From: Clostridioides phage AR1074-1
Sequence record: OR397123.1
Strand: one strand, 5' to 3'
DNA length: 38,059 nt
The position numbers and the translations under genes were made by a program. Of the stretch, positions 6,942-14,705 are shown in pieces. Positions within the stretch are counted from its first letter, which is position 1; each line of letters begins with the position of its first letter. A model generated the notes under the pieces. The model was not told where the DNA came from. It searched no databases and saw nothing but the letters and a program-made list of their open reading frames with translations.

Positions 6942-7760
6942 GTGGAGAAAATGGCTAATACAAAGCTACTTACGTACTTTAACATAAAAGGAGGTATCTA
7001 TAAGACAACAACGTCTATAATGACAGCGTATGAACTTGCGAAAGATAAAGATAAAAAAATACTCTTATGGGACTTAGATGTACAAGCAAATCTAACACAA
7101 TATGTTTATGAAATAAATCATAATGATAATACTACATTAGATATTTTAAAAGGGATTAGTGCTAATGATGCAATAGTCAAGTCACCTAATGAAAAGTACA
7201 TTAATGTAGACTTAATTCCTTCTGACATACAAATGGCTAGATTTGAACAAGAGCTATCACCTTTACCAGCCAGAGAAAAATTTTTAGCTCGCTGGTACAT
7301 GCAAAACTTTAATACTTTGAGTGAGTATGATTATATTATCTGTGATTTATCTCCACGCTACGATTTGACAGCTAAAAATGTGCTTTTCTTAGCAGATAGT
7401 ATAATTATTCCAATTCAAGATAAAAACATTTCTTCTTTAAGAGGAGCAGAATTATTTAAACAACTCTGGGATGTTGATAGAACCTATTTTGATAAGGAGG
7501 ATAATATAAAAAGTACTGTTTTGGTTGGATTTGAGAAGAAGAAAACTCAAATTAGTGATACTTTCGATTCTTATCTGGAAGGGTTTAACGATATGAGAGA
7601 TATTATGTTAGATACATATATTAGAAAAAACGAGTTTATAGAGAAGGCACTATTGAAAAAACTATCTCTAACAGATTATACAAAAATAACTAAAGAGCAT
7701 TTCAGCAGACAAGAGTTTGCTAATATGTTAGAAGAACTAAAAGTGAAAGGAGTGTTGTAG
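6942..7760 (+). CDS. parA: ParA/MinD-family partition ATPase
   Basis: 272 aa with a deviant Walker A (NIKGGIYKTTTS, KGGxxK[ST] type) and Walker A'/B regions (LLWDLD, IICDLSP). RBS GAGGTGGAG. Confidence 0.85.
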   Translation: MEKMANTKLLTYFNIKGGIYKTTTSIMTAYELAKDKDKKILLWDLDVQANLTQYVYEINHNDNTTLDILKGISANDAIVKSPNEKYINVDLIPSDIQMARFEQELSPLPAREKFLARWYMQNFNTLSEYDYIICDLSPRYDLTAKNVLFLADSIIIPIQDKNISSLRGAELFKQLWDVDRTYFDKEDNIKSTVLVGFEKKKTQISDTFDSYLEGFNDMRDIMLDTYIRKNEFIEKALLKKLSLTDYTKITKEHFSRQEFANMLEELKVKGVL

Positions 7761-8096
7761 ATGCCAAAATTCGACGAAGAACTTTTATCTAATAAAGAAA
7801 AACCAGTTTTCAAAAAAAATGGAACAATCATACAAAATAATTCTACAACTACAGACAATAAGACATTAAACATATATAATCTAGTTAATAAGAAAAGTAA
7901 AAAGGTAACTATGAGTGCAACGCTTGATGAAGAACTTGTAAACAAATTAAAATCTTTTTCTATTGATATGAACAGCGACGTCAGCAAATTATTAAGTGAT
8001 GTACTAACTCAAATTTTATCTGATGTCACTATAAAAGAAGAGAATTTAAATATATACAATGAGAGAAATAGAAGAAATAAGACTAAGAAAAAGTAA
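7761..8096 (+). CDS. ParG/CopG-like ribbon-helix-helix partition adaptor (centromere-binding protein candidate)
   Basis: 111 aa. ATG immediately follows the parA stop. The C-terminal half, KKVTMSATLDEELVNKLKSFSIDMNSDVSKLLSDVLTQIL, fits a beta-strand-helix-helix RHH. The N-terminal half is disordered and basic. Confidence 0.6.
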   Translation: MPKFDEELLSNKEKPVFKKNGTIIQNNSTTTDNKTLNIYNLVNKKSKKVTMSATLDEELVNKLKSFSIDMNSDVSKLLSDVLTQILSDVTIKEENLNIYNERNRRNKTKKK

Positions 8097-8225
8097 ATAA
8101 TATTATATTTATATTGTTTAGATATTACTTAAATATTGTATATATAATATTTAAGTAATATTTTAATATTATTATTACAATATATCGATATTGTTTAAAT
8201 AATATGTTTTAACTATAATCTAAAA
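8097..8225. repeat. Second centromere-like AT-rich repeat field (ATATTGT boxes; 13-bp inverted repeat attacttaaatat/atatttaagtaat)
   Basis: Inverted repeat at 8126-8159 plus repeated atattgt/aatatt boxes, mirroring the field upstream of parA. Confidence 0.45.
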
Positions 8226-8238
8226 GGGGTTGGAAAAG

Positions 8239-8520
8239 ATGAATGTTTATTTGCAAATTGGAAAAGAGTTATCTGAAAAAATGACTAAATCTGAATTAAA
8301 TAAGTTTTCGCAGGAGGTGGCAAACTATCTGCAATACGCTGGACTTGATAAGAATATGAAAATTAAACTATTTCAAACAATTTTGGAAATGGTGGCAAGG
8401 AAAAAAATAACATTATCAAGCGATAGCGAATTTACGGAAGGAATATTGCAAAGCGACGAAGCAGAAATGACAATGAACGTAGGATTTATAATCGAAGGAT
8501 TAAGTTATCATAATAACTAA
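8239..8520 (+). CDS. Hypothetical protein (93 aa)
   Basis: The track begins at a TTG at 8230, but an RBS GGGG at 8226-8229 fits the ATG at 8239 (MNVYLQIGKEL...). A strong terminator follows. Confidence 0.5.
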   Translation: MNVYLQIGKELSEKMTKSELNKFSQEVANYLQYAGLDKNMKIKLFQTILEMVARKKITLSSDSEFTEGILQSDEAEMTMNVGFIIEGLSYHNN

Positions 8521-8536
8521 ACATTTTTAAAAAAAC

Positions 8537-8572
8537 AGTGTATTTATTGAATACACTGTTTTTATTTCCGCA
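8537..8572 (+). terminator. Rho-independent terminator (cagtgtatt-tattg-aatacactg plus TTTTTATTT)
   Basis: Perfect 9-bp stem followed by a T-run directly after the 8239-8520 gene. Confidence 0.7.
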
Positions 8573-8786
8573 TAGTTAATCTAAAATTGGATATTGTATC
8601 ATATGGATATAGATTAAATTGATATTTAAATCCCTTATAGTTAATCTTAAAAATTGTTATTATATTATTTCTCTATAAATTAAATTGACATTTAAATCCC
8701 TTGTAGTTAATATAAAAATTCTTATTACAATATCATTTCTAAATAAATTAAAAAATATTTTAAATCCCTCGTAGTTAATCTTAAAA
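8560..8786 (-). CRISPR. Orphan CRISPR-repeat-like mini-array: 3 well-conserved plus 1 degenerate 29-30-bp direct repeats at a 66-bp period. Minus-strand unit is TTTTTAWKATTAACTAYAAGGGATTTAAAT.
   Basis: On the plus strand the repeats lie at 8624-8652, 8690-8718 and 8757-8786 (ATTTAAATCCCTTRTAGTTAATMTWAAAA). A degenerate copy lies at about 8560-8587, as expected for a trailer-end repeat. Spacers are 35-38 bp. The minus-strand repeat begins TTTTATATTAACTA and ends GGGATTTAAAT, like clostridial type I-B repeats (recalled C. difficile consensus GTTTTATATTAACTAAGTGGTATGTAAAT). No cas genes in the window. The spacers share an AAATTAAATTGA motif, so a true array is uncertain. Confidence 0.4.
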
Positions 8787-8822
8787 GCGATACTATATAC
8801 ATTAATAATAATACTCTTCTAC

Positions 8823-9317
8823 TTAATTTTCAACTATATTTTGTAATTCTTGTTTACAACTTTCAATGCCTTCTCGTAATTCTTCTAAAAAAACTGATGT
8901 GCTATCGTCTATATTTCTTTCAGCAATTTCTTCAAAATTTTCTTTATTGAATTTTTTATAACTATCCCAATTCAAACTTTCGCATTTATTTTCGCACCAA
9001 TTTTCAAATTCTTCGTAATCATTTACGTAGTAAATTTCTCCAAACATATCGTCTAAGTTATTTCCTGTTTGTCTTGATGTGAAAATATTAATTTCTTTAT
9101 CATCATCTAAAAGTTTAGCATAAGCCTGGATTGCTATCGCTTCAACTTTTCCTTGTATATCGATATAAATTTTTATATCATTAGTCTCTTTGATTAAACA
9201 ACTTTCTTTAAAAGCTTTTATAGCTTCTTCCTCTATTTTATCTATATTCATATCTATAACCTTTAAAAATTTTTTAGCTTCTTTTTTATCCATTTTATCC
9301 ATTTTAATTTCCTCCAT
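8823..9317 (-). CDS. Hypothetical strongly acidic protein (164 aa, about 28% Asp+Glu); candidate anti-defence DNA mimic
   Basis: Last gene of the three-gene cargo operon. Its stop is 36 bp from the CRISPR-like repeats. No recognisable domain. Confidence 0.5.
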   Translation of the reverse strand: MEEIKMDKMDKKEAKKFLKVIDMNIDKIEEEAIKAFKESCLIKETNDIKIYIDIQGKVEAIAIQAYAKLLDDDKEINIFTSRQTGNNLDDMFGEIYYVNDYEEFENWCENKCESLNWDSYKKFNKENFEEIAERNIDDSTSVFLEELREGIESCKQELQNIVEN

Positions 9318-9324
9318 TTTTTAG

Positions 9325-9828
9325 TTATTTTTTATATATAACAGTTCTTTCGCTCTTTTCAATTTCTGTAAGATACTCTAAAAATTCTTTAATTTCTTGC
9401 TTGTTTATGCCTATAAATTCGTGTCTAATTTCACATTTTTCAATACGTGTAGAATATTTCTCTTCTAATTTATAAAATTTAGGTCTTACATTGGCTATAA
9501 GGTCACTTTCTACATTTTTGCTACACAAGCTATTTACATATATTAAAATGTTTTCTATATTTTCTATGTCTACTTTGTCGCCTTTTGAATAATAAAAATT
9601 AAATCTCAATCTTATTCCTATTTTACTGTTAATTTCACCATGACCCCACGTTTCAATGTTTAAACTTTTTCCAACTGTTTCTTTAACGCTTCCAATGTGA
9701 CCGTTCGCACAATCTTTAAGACTTATATCAAATATATCATTGTTGATTTTATTAATCTCTTTTTCTATCATTTTAACATTCTCTTTATTAACTTTTAAAT
9801 CTAATATTGTACTAAAATCTATATTCAT
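9325..9828 (-). CDS. Hypothetical protein (167 aa), cargo operon gene 2
   Basis: Tightly spaced with its neighbours (7-bp gap), suggesting translational coupling. No recognisable motif. Confidence 0.5.
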   Translation of the reverse strand: MNIDFSTILDLKVNKENVKMIEKEINKINNDIFDISLKDCANGHIGSVKETVGKSLNIETWGHGEINSKIGIRLRFNFYYSKGDKVDIENIENILIYVNSLCSKNVESDLIANVRPKFYKLEEKYSTRIEKCEIRHEFIGINKQEIKEFLEYLTEIEKSERTVIYKK

Positions 9829-9904
9829 GTTTTAAACCTCCAATTATTTTTTATTTTAATTATAGCATTCAATGGTGAACTATATTTGTATCAAGTTGAA
9901 ACTT

Positions 9905-10738
9905 TTAACACTCTACGCCATCTCTGAATACTTGGTATGCAATTTCTATTTTTCTTTCATCACTTTCTATTTTTCTATAGTTTTCAATCTGCTTCTTTTT
10001 AATGTCTGCAAATCCATTTCTATAAAATTGTGCATTTTTTTGTATTAATGTTTCTATTATGTATTTTTTAGCTTTCTCTATATATTCTGTGCTAGTAGCT
10101 TGTTTTACTGCGTCGTCAAATATTTCAACTATTTCAAGTACATTTTCTTTTATTTCATTAGACCAATTATCATTAAAATTTATTTCTTTAGCTATTTTCT
10201 TAGCTTCTTCATAGCTTATACTATAATCTTTAACTTTTTTAAGTCTATAAGATGCTTGTGTCTCCCCTTGTAAAAAACTCCAATTTCTGTTCTCTTTTGC
10301 AAATTGAGAATCTTTTAATATCTGATTTATATGAAATGCTTTTTGATTTAAAGAATTATACTTTAAAACATTTCTAAAATTATCTATAAAGAACTTAGCA
10401 TTCTCTATATTGCTTATTGCTTCTCTTATTCTTTCAAATTTTCTTTTACATCTTTCTGTCATTTCTTCTATACTCATGTCTTTAATTTTGTAGTCTTCAT
10501 TTTTTATTCTTTCTATTTTACTTTTTTCTAGTTCGTTAGTTAAATTTAAAATGTCTGTTCTTATATCATTAGCCCAAATAATTTGTTTTTCTGACCCTTT
10601 TAATTCTTTCAATTTTATATCCCCCTTTTTATTTAAGAATGATAAGCAAAGACTAAATTGTACTTTATAATCTACATTACTATATTTTCTTTTTATTTCT
10701 CTTGCCATTTTATGCGCTTCTTTAAATAAAATTTTCAT
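9905..10738 (-). CDS. Hypothetical protein (277 aa), cargo operon gene 1
   Basis: First gene downstream of a divergent promoter shared with a small XRE-like regulator. Lys/Glu-rich and helical, with no recognisable catalytic motif. Confidence 0.5.
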   Translation of the reverse strand: MKILFKEAHKMAREIKRKYSNVDYKVQFSLCLSFLNKKGDIKLKELKGSEKQIIWANDIRTDILNLTNELEKSKIERIKNEDYKIKDMSIEEMTERCKRKFERIREAISNIENAKFFIDNFRNVLKYNSLNQKAFHINQILKDSQFAKENRNWSFLQGETQASYRLKKVKDYSISYEEAKKIAKEINFNDNWSNEIKENVLEIVEIFDDAVKQATSTEYIEKAKKYIIETLIQKNAQFYRNGFADIKKKQIENYRKIESDERKIEIAYQVFRDGVEC

Positions 10739-10916
10739 TCTTTGCTTACCCCCTTGTTTTATTTGTTAATTATATTATAATCTATATGAATATCTAAGTC
10801 AACACTTTTTCAAAGTTTTTTCTTTGATTTCCAAAAATATAACTTTGATTAGCGTAGATTATTCTTTTACTTTTAATTTTTTTATGTTATTATATAAATA
10901 AGAGAGGTGCGAAAAA

Positions 10917-11129
10917 ATGACATGGAAGAATGAAATTAAAAGTATTCTTGTAAAAGAAAATATCAGCATGAATGAGTTAAATAATTTAATGAATGAACAT
11001 AATAATAAGAATAATACAGTTGAAAATTTAAGACAAAAAATAAATAATGAGACTATGAAGTATAGTGAAATCTTGACTATTGCTAATTTGATAGGATATG
11101 AAGTTGTTTGGAAAAAGAAAGAAAAGTAG
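10917..11129 (+). CDS. Small XRE-like HTH regulator divergent from the cargo operon
   Basis: 70 aa. RBS AGAGAGGTG 7 nt upstream of the ATG. ENISMNELNNLMN...MKYSEILTIANLIGYEV resembles an HTH_XRE helix 2-3 plus a C-terminal helix. Confidence 0.5.
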   Translation: MTWKNEIKSILVKENISMNELNNLMNEHNNKNNTVENLRQKINNETMKYSEILTIANLIGYEVVWKKKEK

Positions 11130-11132
11130 ACA

Positions 11133-11172
11133 TAAAAAAAGAAGGTAACAACTAACTAGTTGCTACCTTCTA
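11133..11172. terminator. Bidirectional terminator between the regulator gene and the endolysin gene
   Basis: Stem gaaggtaacaac/gttgctaccttc (1 mismatch) with A-rich and T-rich flanks, between convergent genes. Confidence 0.5.
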
Positions 11173-11174
11173 AT

Positions 11175-12014
11175 CTATCTATCAATAAAATCTAATGCTT
11201 TGTAAAGTGTTTCAAACCTATCATTACCTTTTATCATAGTATAATTTTCTTTAGTCATAGAACTTATCTTTTCACATGCTCCACCACCAACAACATAAAG
11301 ATTTTGTGTCTGGCCAGGTACATAATCTTTTATATCACATATTAATATTTTCCCATCATTATAACCCCATCCAACAACAGTTGCAGGGATTTTGTCAACT
11401 TCTCCATCATAAATGATTGTATGTTTGTACATCTGTTTAACTCCCTCATTATTTATATTTTTATTTAATACACCTTCTACAATCAACTTAGCAATACCTT
11501 CATGACCTAGTTTCTTAGCTTTCTCATAATCTTCTTTGTTATCGCAAAAGAAACTTTCAATTAGTATTGCAGTAGGTTTAGAACTATTTAAAATATATAA
11601 ACTTTTATCTAATTTAACACCTCTATTACCTACTTCTTTATCTCCTTTTTTTCTTATGAAAGGTTTAGATAATTTATCTACTACCCTTTGCGCATATTCC
11701 TTCCCTTTTTCACTATAGTAAAATACTTCTGTTCCAAAGGCTCCTACACCACTTGAATTTAAATGCAACTCTATAAGTAAGTCATATCCTCCACTATTAA
11801 CTTTAGGTATTTTGTAAGATTTTTCCTCACTCTTAGTTTTAAACTGCTTTTCGGGGCATATTATTACATCTGCCTTATGACCTTCTTTTCTAAAAGTATC
11901 TGCTAATACTGGTGCAAGAGATTTATTGTATTGATACTCGTTAACTACTCCATTAGCAGAAGTACATGCCCCGCTTTTTAAAATGCTGTGTCCTACTGTT
12001 ATACATATTTTCAT
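11175..12014 (-). CDS. Endolysin: N-acetylmuramoyl-L-alanine amidase (Amidase_3 catalytic domain, CD27L-like)
   Basis: 279 aa. MKICITVGHSILKSGACTSANGVVNEYQYNKSLAPVLADTFRKEGHK... is nearly identical in pattern to the C. difficile phage endolysin CD27L, as recalled from memory. Confidence 0.9.
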   Translation of the reverse strand: MKICITVGHSILKSGACTSANGVVNEYQYNKSLAPVLADTFRKEGHKADVIICPEKQFKTKSEEKSYKIPKVNSGGYDLLIELHLNSSGVGAFGTEVFYYSEKGKEYAQRVVDKLSKPFIRKKGDKEVGNRGVKLDKSLYILNSSKPTAILIESFFCDNKEDYEKAKKLGHEGIAKLIVEGVLNKNINNEGVKQMYKHTIIYDGEVDKIPATVVGWGYNDGKILICDIKDYVPGQTQNLYVVGGGACEKISSMTKENYTMIKGNDRFETLYKALDFIDR

Positions 12015-12445
12015 TATTTACTACCTCCTTTAACATTTAATTCATCTGTCATAGTATCTAATAAACTACCTATTCTATCTTTTAATTTTCTAGGTACTGG
12101 TAACCCACACAAATACATGTTTTTTAATATACTTACACTTTCATATAGAATAAATAAAATAGAGAAAAATTCAGATATTCCAAGATGATTTAATCGCAAA
12201 AAATCAACCCAATCTTGTGGTAACATAAATAAAAAGTTAAACTTTGTAAGAATGTCAACTACTGCTAGAAAAAATATACATGCTATCATTGCAACTTTTC
12301 TTATTCCTCCATTTATTCCAAAACTTGAATTAAACTGATGTGTTTTTATTGCTCTTAAACAACCTAGCAATGTATCAAATGCTATTGCTAATATTACTAA
12401 TTTTATAAATATATTTGTCGCTAAAAAAACTATTGTTACGTTCAT
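12014..12445 (-). CDS. Holin (phage_holin_4_1 / TcdE-like)
   Basis: 143 aa with 3-4 transmembrane helices and a charged C-terminus. Overlaps the endolysin start by 1 nt. Confidence 0.75.
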   Translation of the reverse strand: MNVTIVFLATNIFIKLVILAIAFDTLLGCLRAIKTHQFNSSFGINGGIRKVAMIACIFFLAVVDILTKFNFLFMLPQDWVDFLRLNHLGISEFFSILFILYESVSILKNMYLCGLPVPRKLKDRIGSLLDTMTDELNVKGGSK

Positions 12446-12513
12446 ATTTCCTCCTTATTTTGCATTAAAATAAGACTTAGAATTATCTAAGCCTATAGAA
12501 AAAGGAACATTAC

Positions 12514-12696
12514 CTATACTGTAGGTTCTGCTCCTTCTACTACTCCACTATGTTCTATAATGTAGTTTTCAACTGCCATCCTGTACTCTGTGTTAGTAAC
12601 ATCATCAAGTTCAAATACTCTATTTTTTAGAGGATTTAATCCCTTATTTAATATTCTCTCTGCTAATATTCTTACTACAACATTATTTATATTCAT
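12514..12696 (-). CDS. Small hypothetical protein (60 aa) between the tail fibre and the holin
   Basis: Compact ORF in the fibre/lysis junction, a position often held by XkdX-like small proteins. Confidence 0.4.
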   Translation of the reverse strand: MNINNVVVRILAERILNKGLNPLKNRVFELDDVTNTEYRMAVENYIIEHSGVVEGAEPTV

Positions 12697-12989
12697 TATA
12701 AAATTCCTCCTACCTTTTCATTTTCTGCAATTAGTAATTGATTTTCTAACTCTTGTATTCTCTTTTCTTCATCTGAAATAAATGTTGGTATTTCCTCTAA
12801 AATTGGTTCTTTTGTTTCTATATTTATACCTATAATTCTATTTCTTGTATAGTCTATACTTCCATACTCAACATCAATATAATGTAATTCTGTTATTGTA
12901 TCATGTTCTAGTATATCTCCTGTTGCTTCCCCTGTCTGTAGCAGTATTTTGCCTGTCTGGTCGTAAATTATTCTATTTGCTCTATCCAT
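12696..12989 (-). CDS. Hypothetical tail-fibre-associated protein (97 aa)
   Basis: Start/stop overlap with its neighbours. Position immediately downstream of the receptor-binding protein. Confidence 0.45.
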   Translation of the reverse strand: MDRANRIIYDQTGKILLQTGEATGDILEHDTITELHYIDVEYGSIDYTRNRIIGINIETKEPILEEIPTFISDEEKRIQELENQLLIAENEKVGGIL

Positions 12990-13005
12990 TTTATCACCTC
13001 ATTTA

Positions 13006-14688
13006 TTAAATAAATTTTATAGCTTGCCATTTAAAAGAAGAACCTTGTCTTGAACAAGGAAGTTGTATACCTCTATTATCCATATAAACATCACGTTCAT
13101 TTAATTTAAGAACCTCACCTCCAACTTTAAAATCTTGTAAATATGATGTTAGACGATAATAATGAGCAGTAATTACAAAATCTTGAGTGAAAATACCACG
13201 ACAAGCAAAAACAAAATATTTATGAAAATAACCATCATCAATTAATTCAAAAGTAGTAAAAAATATATTAGGAACAAAATTAAGTCCGTTAATTTGAATG
13301 GCTCCAGGAAATAGGAACAGATAGTCACTATTAAAATAAAATCCTTTTGTATTAGTACAATAATTAACAACACTATTGCCACTAGCAACTTTATATTTAG
13401 AATTTAACTGACTTATAGTGTTATTAGCTTGTGTTAACTGATTCATCAAATCCTGCAAACTAGCGTCCGAACTATCAAAACTTGTTTTTATTTTCTCTGA
13501 CAACTCTACTAGCGTATTATTTAAACTTGCTTCTATATTCTTTAATGCTAAAGTGTTTATAATACTTGTTTTGCCACTTTTGAATGTATCTTTAATTTCC
13601 ATCCATTTGCTTGTAACTTCATCTGTTGTAGAACCAGCAGGAAGAGGTGCAATTCCTTTGCTTATACTTACAACTTTTTCTGCTGTAGCATTAGCACTGT
13701 CTGTAACAACTATTTTAAGTGTGTGTAGTGCATTATCTTCTACTGTATAGTTAATTGTTTTTTCTGCTGTTAAATCTGTTGTTATAGTTTCTTTTAGTAC
13801 ATCATCTATAAAATATTCTATCTTAGTCAATAAAGTAGGGTCAGTGTGGTCAGCTTTGAATGTTGCTTGTGTAGAATTATAAGATGATATATTTAAAAAT
13901 GGTAATGATTGAAGTAAAGTTATTTGTGCGTAACCATAAGCACCAGCAGTATTTCCACCCGGTGTCATAACAATATTATCAAAATAATATTCAGATGTTG
14001 GTGTGTAGCCAGTAGGCTTATAACTGTCTTTAGTCAATACATAACTACTTCCACCTCCACCTGCTCCTACACCATTCATGCCTGCACCACCAAACCAGCC
14101 ACCTCCGCCGCCTTCGCCAGTTGAATCTTTAACAGAACACCCTTTTCCAAAACTTCCGTTTTCTGTATTTACACGACCAATACCACCTTGATATTGAGTA
14201 CCACCGGGACGGTATCTGTCATTAGAACTATACCCAGTACCTCCTTCTAATCCTCCTCCTGCACCACCAGTGGAAGGATAATATGAACCTCCGCCACCAC
14301 CTGCGACAATTATACGAGATAGCAAACCTTGCTCATTATCCCAAGCACCACCAACAAGTCTTATATCGGTAGCACCACCACCGTACATAGAATAATAAGT
14401 ACCCATAATCTGTTGATTTAAATAACCTTTACCACCGCCATTAAAACCACTTTTAGTGTTATTACTCGTAGATGAAGAAGCAAAACCACTTTCGCCGACG
14501 TAAACATATAATGTAGTTTGTTTTTTTAATGTAATTTCACCTTTAGAATATCCGCCTTTAGCATCAGTATACCAAGAAGAATTGTTGATACCTCCAGAAG
14601 AACCCCAGCATTCAAATTTATATTTGCCAGGTTTCAATATAACACTTTGTGGCGAACCATTGTACCCAAAGTTCCATTCTGTCTGCAT
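13006..14688 (-). CDS. Tail fibre / receptor-binding protein with a central glycine-rich domain
   Basis: 560 aa. A central region of about 120 aa is extremely Gly-rich (GGGGGSYYPSTGGAGGGLEGGTGY...GEGGGGGWFGGAGMNGVGAGGGGSSY). It is not Gly-X-Y collagen and resembles the glycine-rich domain of phage tail fibres. Last large structural gene before lysis. Confidence 0.7.
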   Translation of the reverse strand: MQTEWNFGYNGSPQSVILKPGKYKFECWGSSGGINNSSWYTDAKGGYSKGEITLKKQTTLYVYVGESGFASSSTSNNTKSGFNGGGKGYLNQQIMGTYYSMYGGGATDIRLVGGAWDNEQGLLSRIIVAGGGGGSYYPSTGGAGGGLEGGTGYSSNDRYRPGGTQYQGGIGRVNTENGSFGKGCSVKDSTGEGGGGGWFGGAGMNGVGAGGGGSSYVLTKDSYKPTGYTPTSEYYFDNIVMTPGGNTAGAYGYAQITLLQSLPFLNISSYNSTQATFKADHTDPTLLTKIEYFIDDVLKETITTDLTAEKTINYTVEDNALHTLKIVVTDSANATAEKVVSISKGIAPLPAGSTTDEVTSKWMEIKDTFKSGKTSIINTLALKNIEASLNNTLVELSEKIKTSFDSSDASLQDLMNQLTQANNTISQLNSKYKVASGNSVVNYCTNTKGFYFNSDYLFLFPGAIQINGLNFVPNIFFTTFELIDDGYFHKYFVFACRGIFTQDFVITAHYYRLTSYLQDFKVGGEVLKLNERDVYMDNRGIQLPCSRQGSSFKWQAIKFI

Positions 14689-14705
14689 TTTCTCACTCTC
14701 CTCTC

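Noticed and set aside
8560-8790. Calling the repeats a bona fide adaptive CRISPR array with confidence
   Set aside because: Only 3-4 units, no cas genes or recognisable leader, repeats slightly degenerate, and the spacer-side junctions share an AAATTAAATTGA motif. Kept as a CRISPR-like feature with reduced confidence and competing interpretations (mimic or iteron).
13006-14688. Collagen-like annotation for the glycine-rich protein
   Set aside because: The glycine runs are irregular (GGGGG, GGAGGG), not Gly-X-Y triplets, so it is a glycine-rich fibre domain rather than a collagen triple helix.
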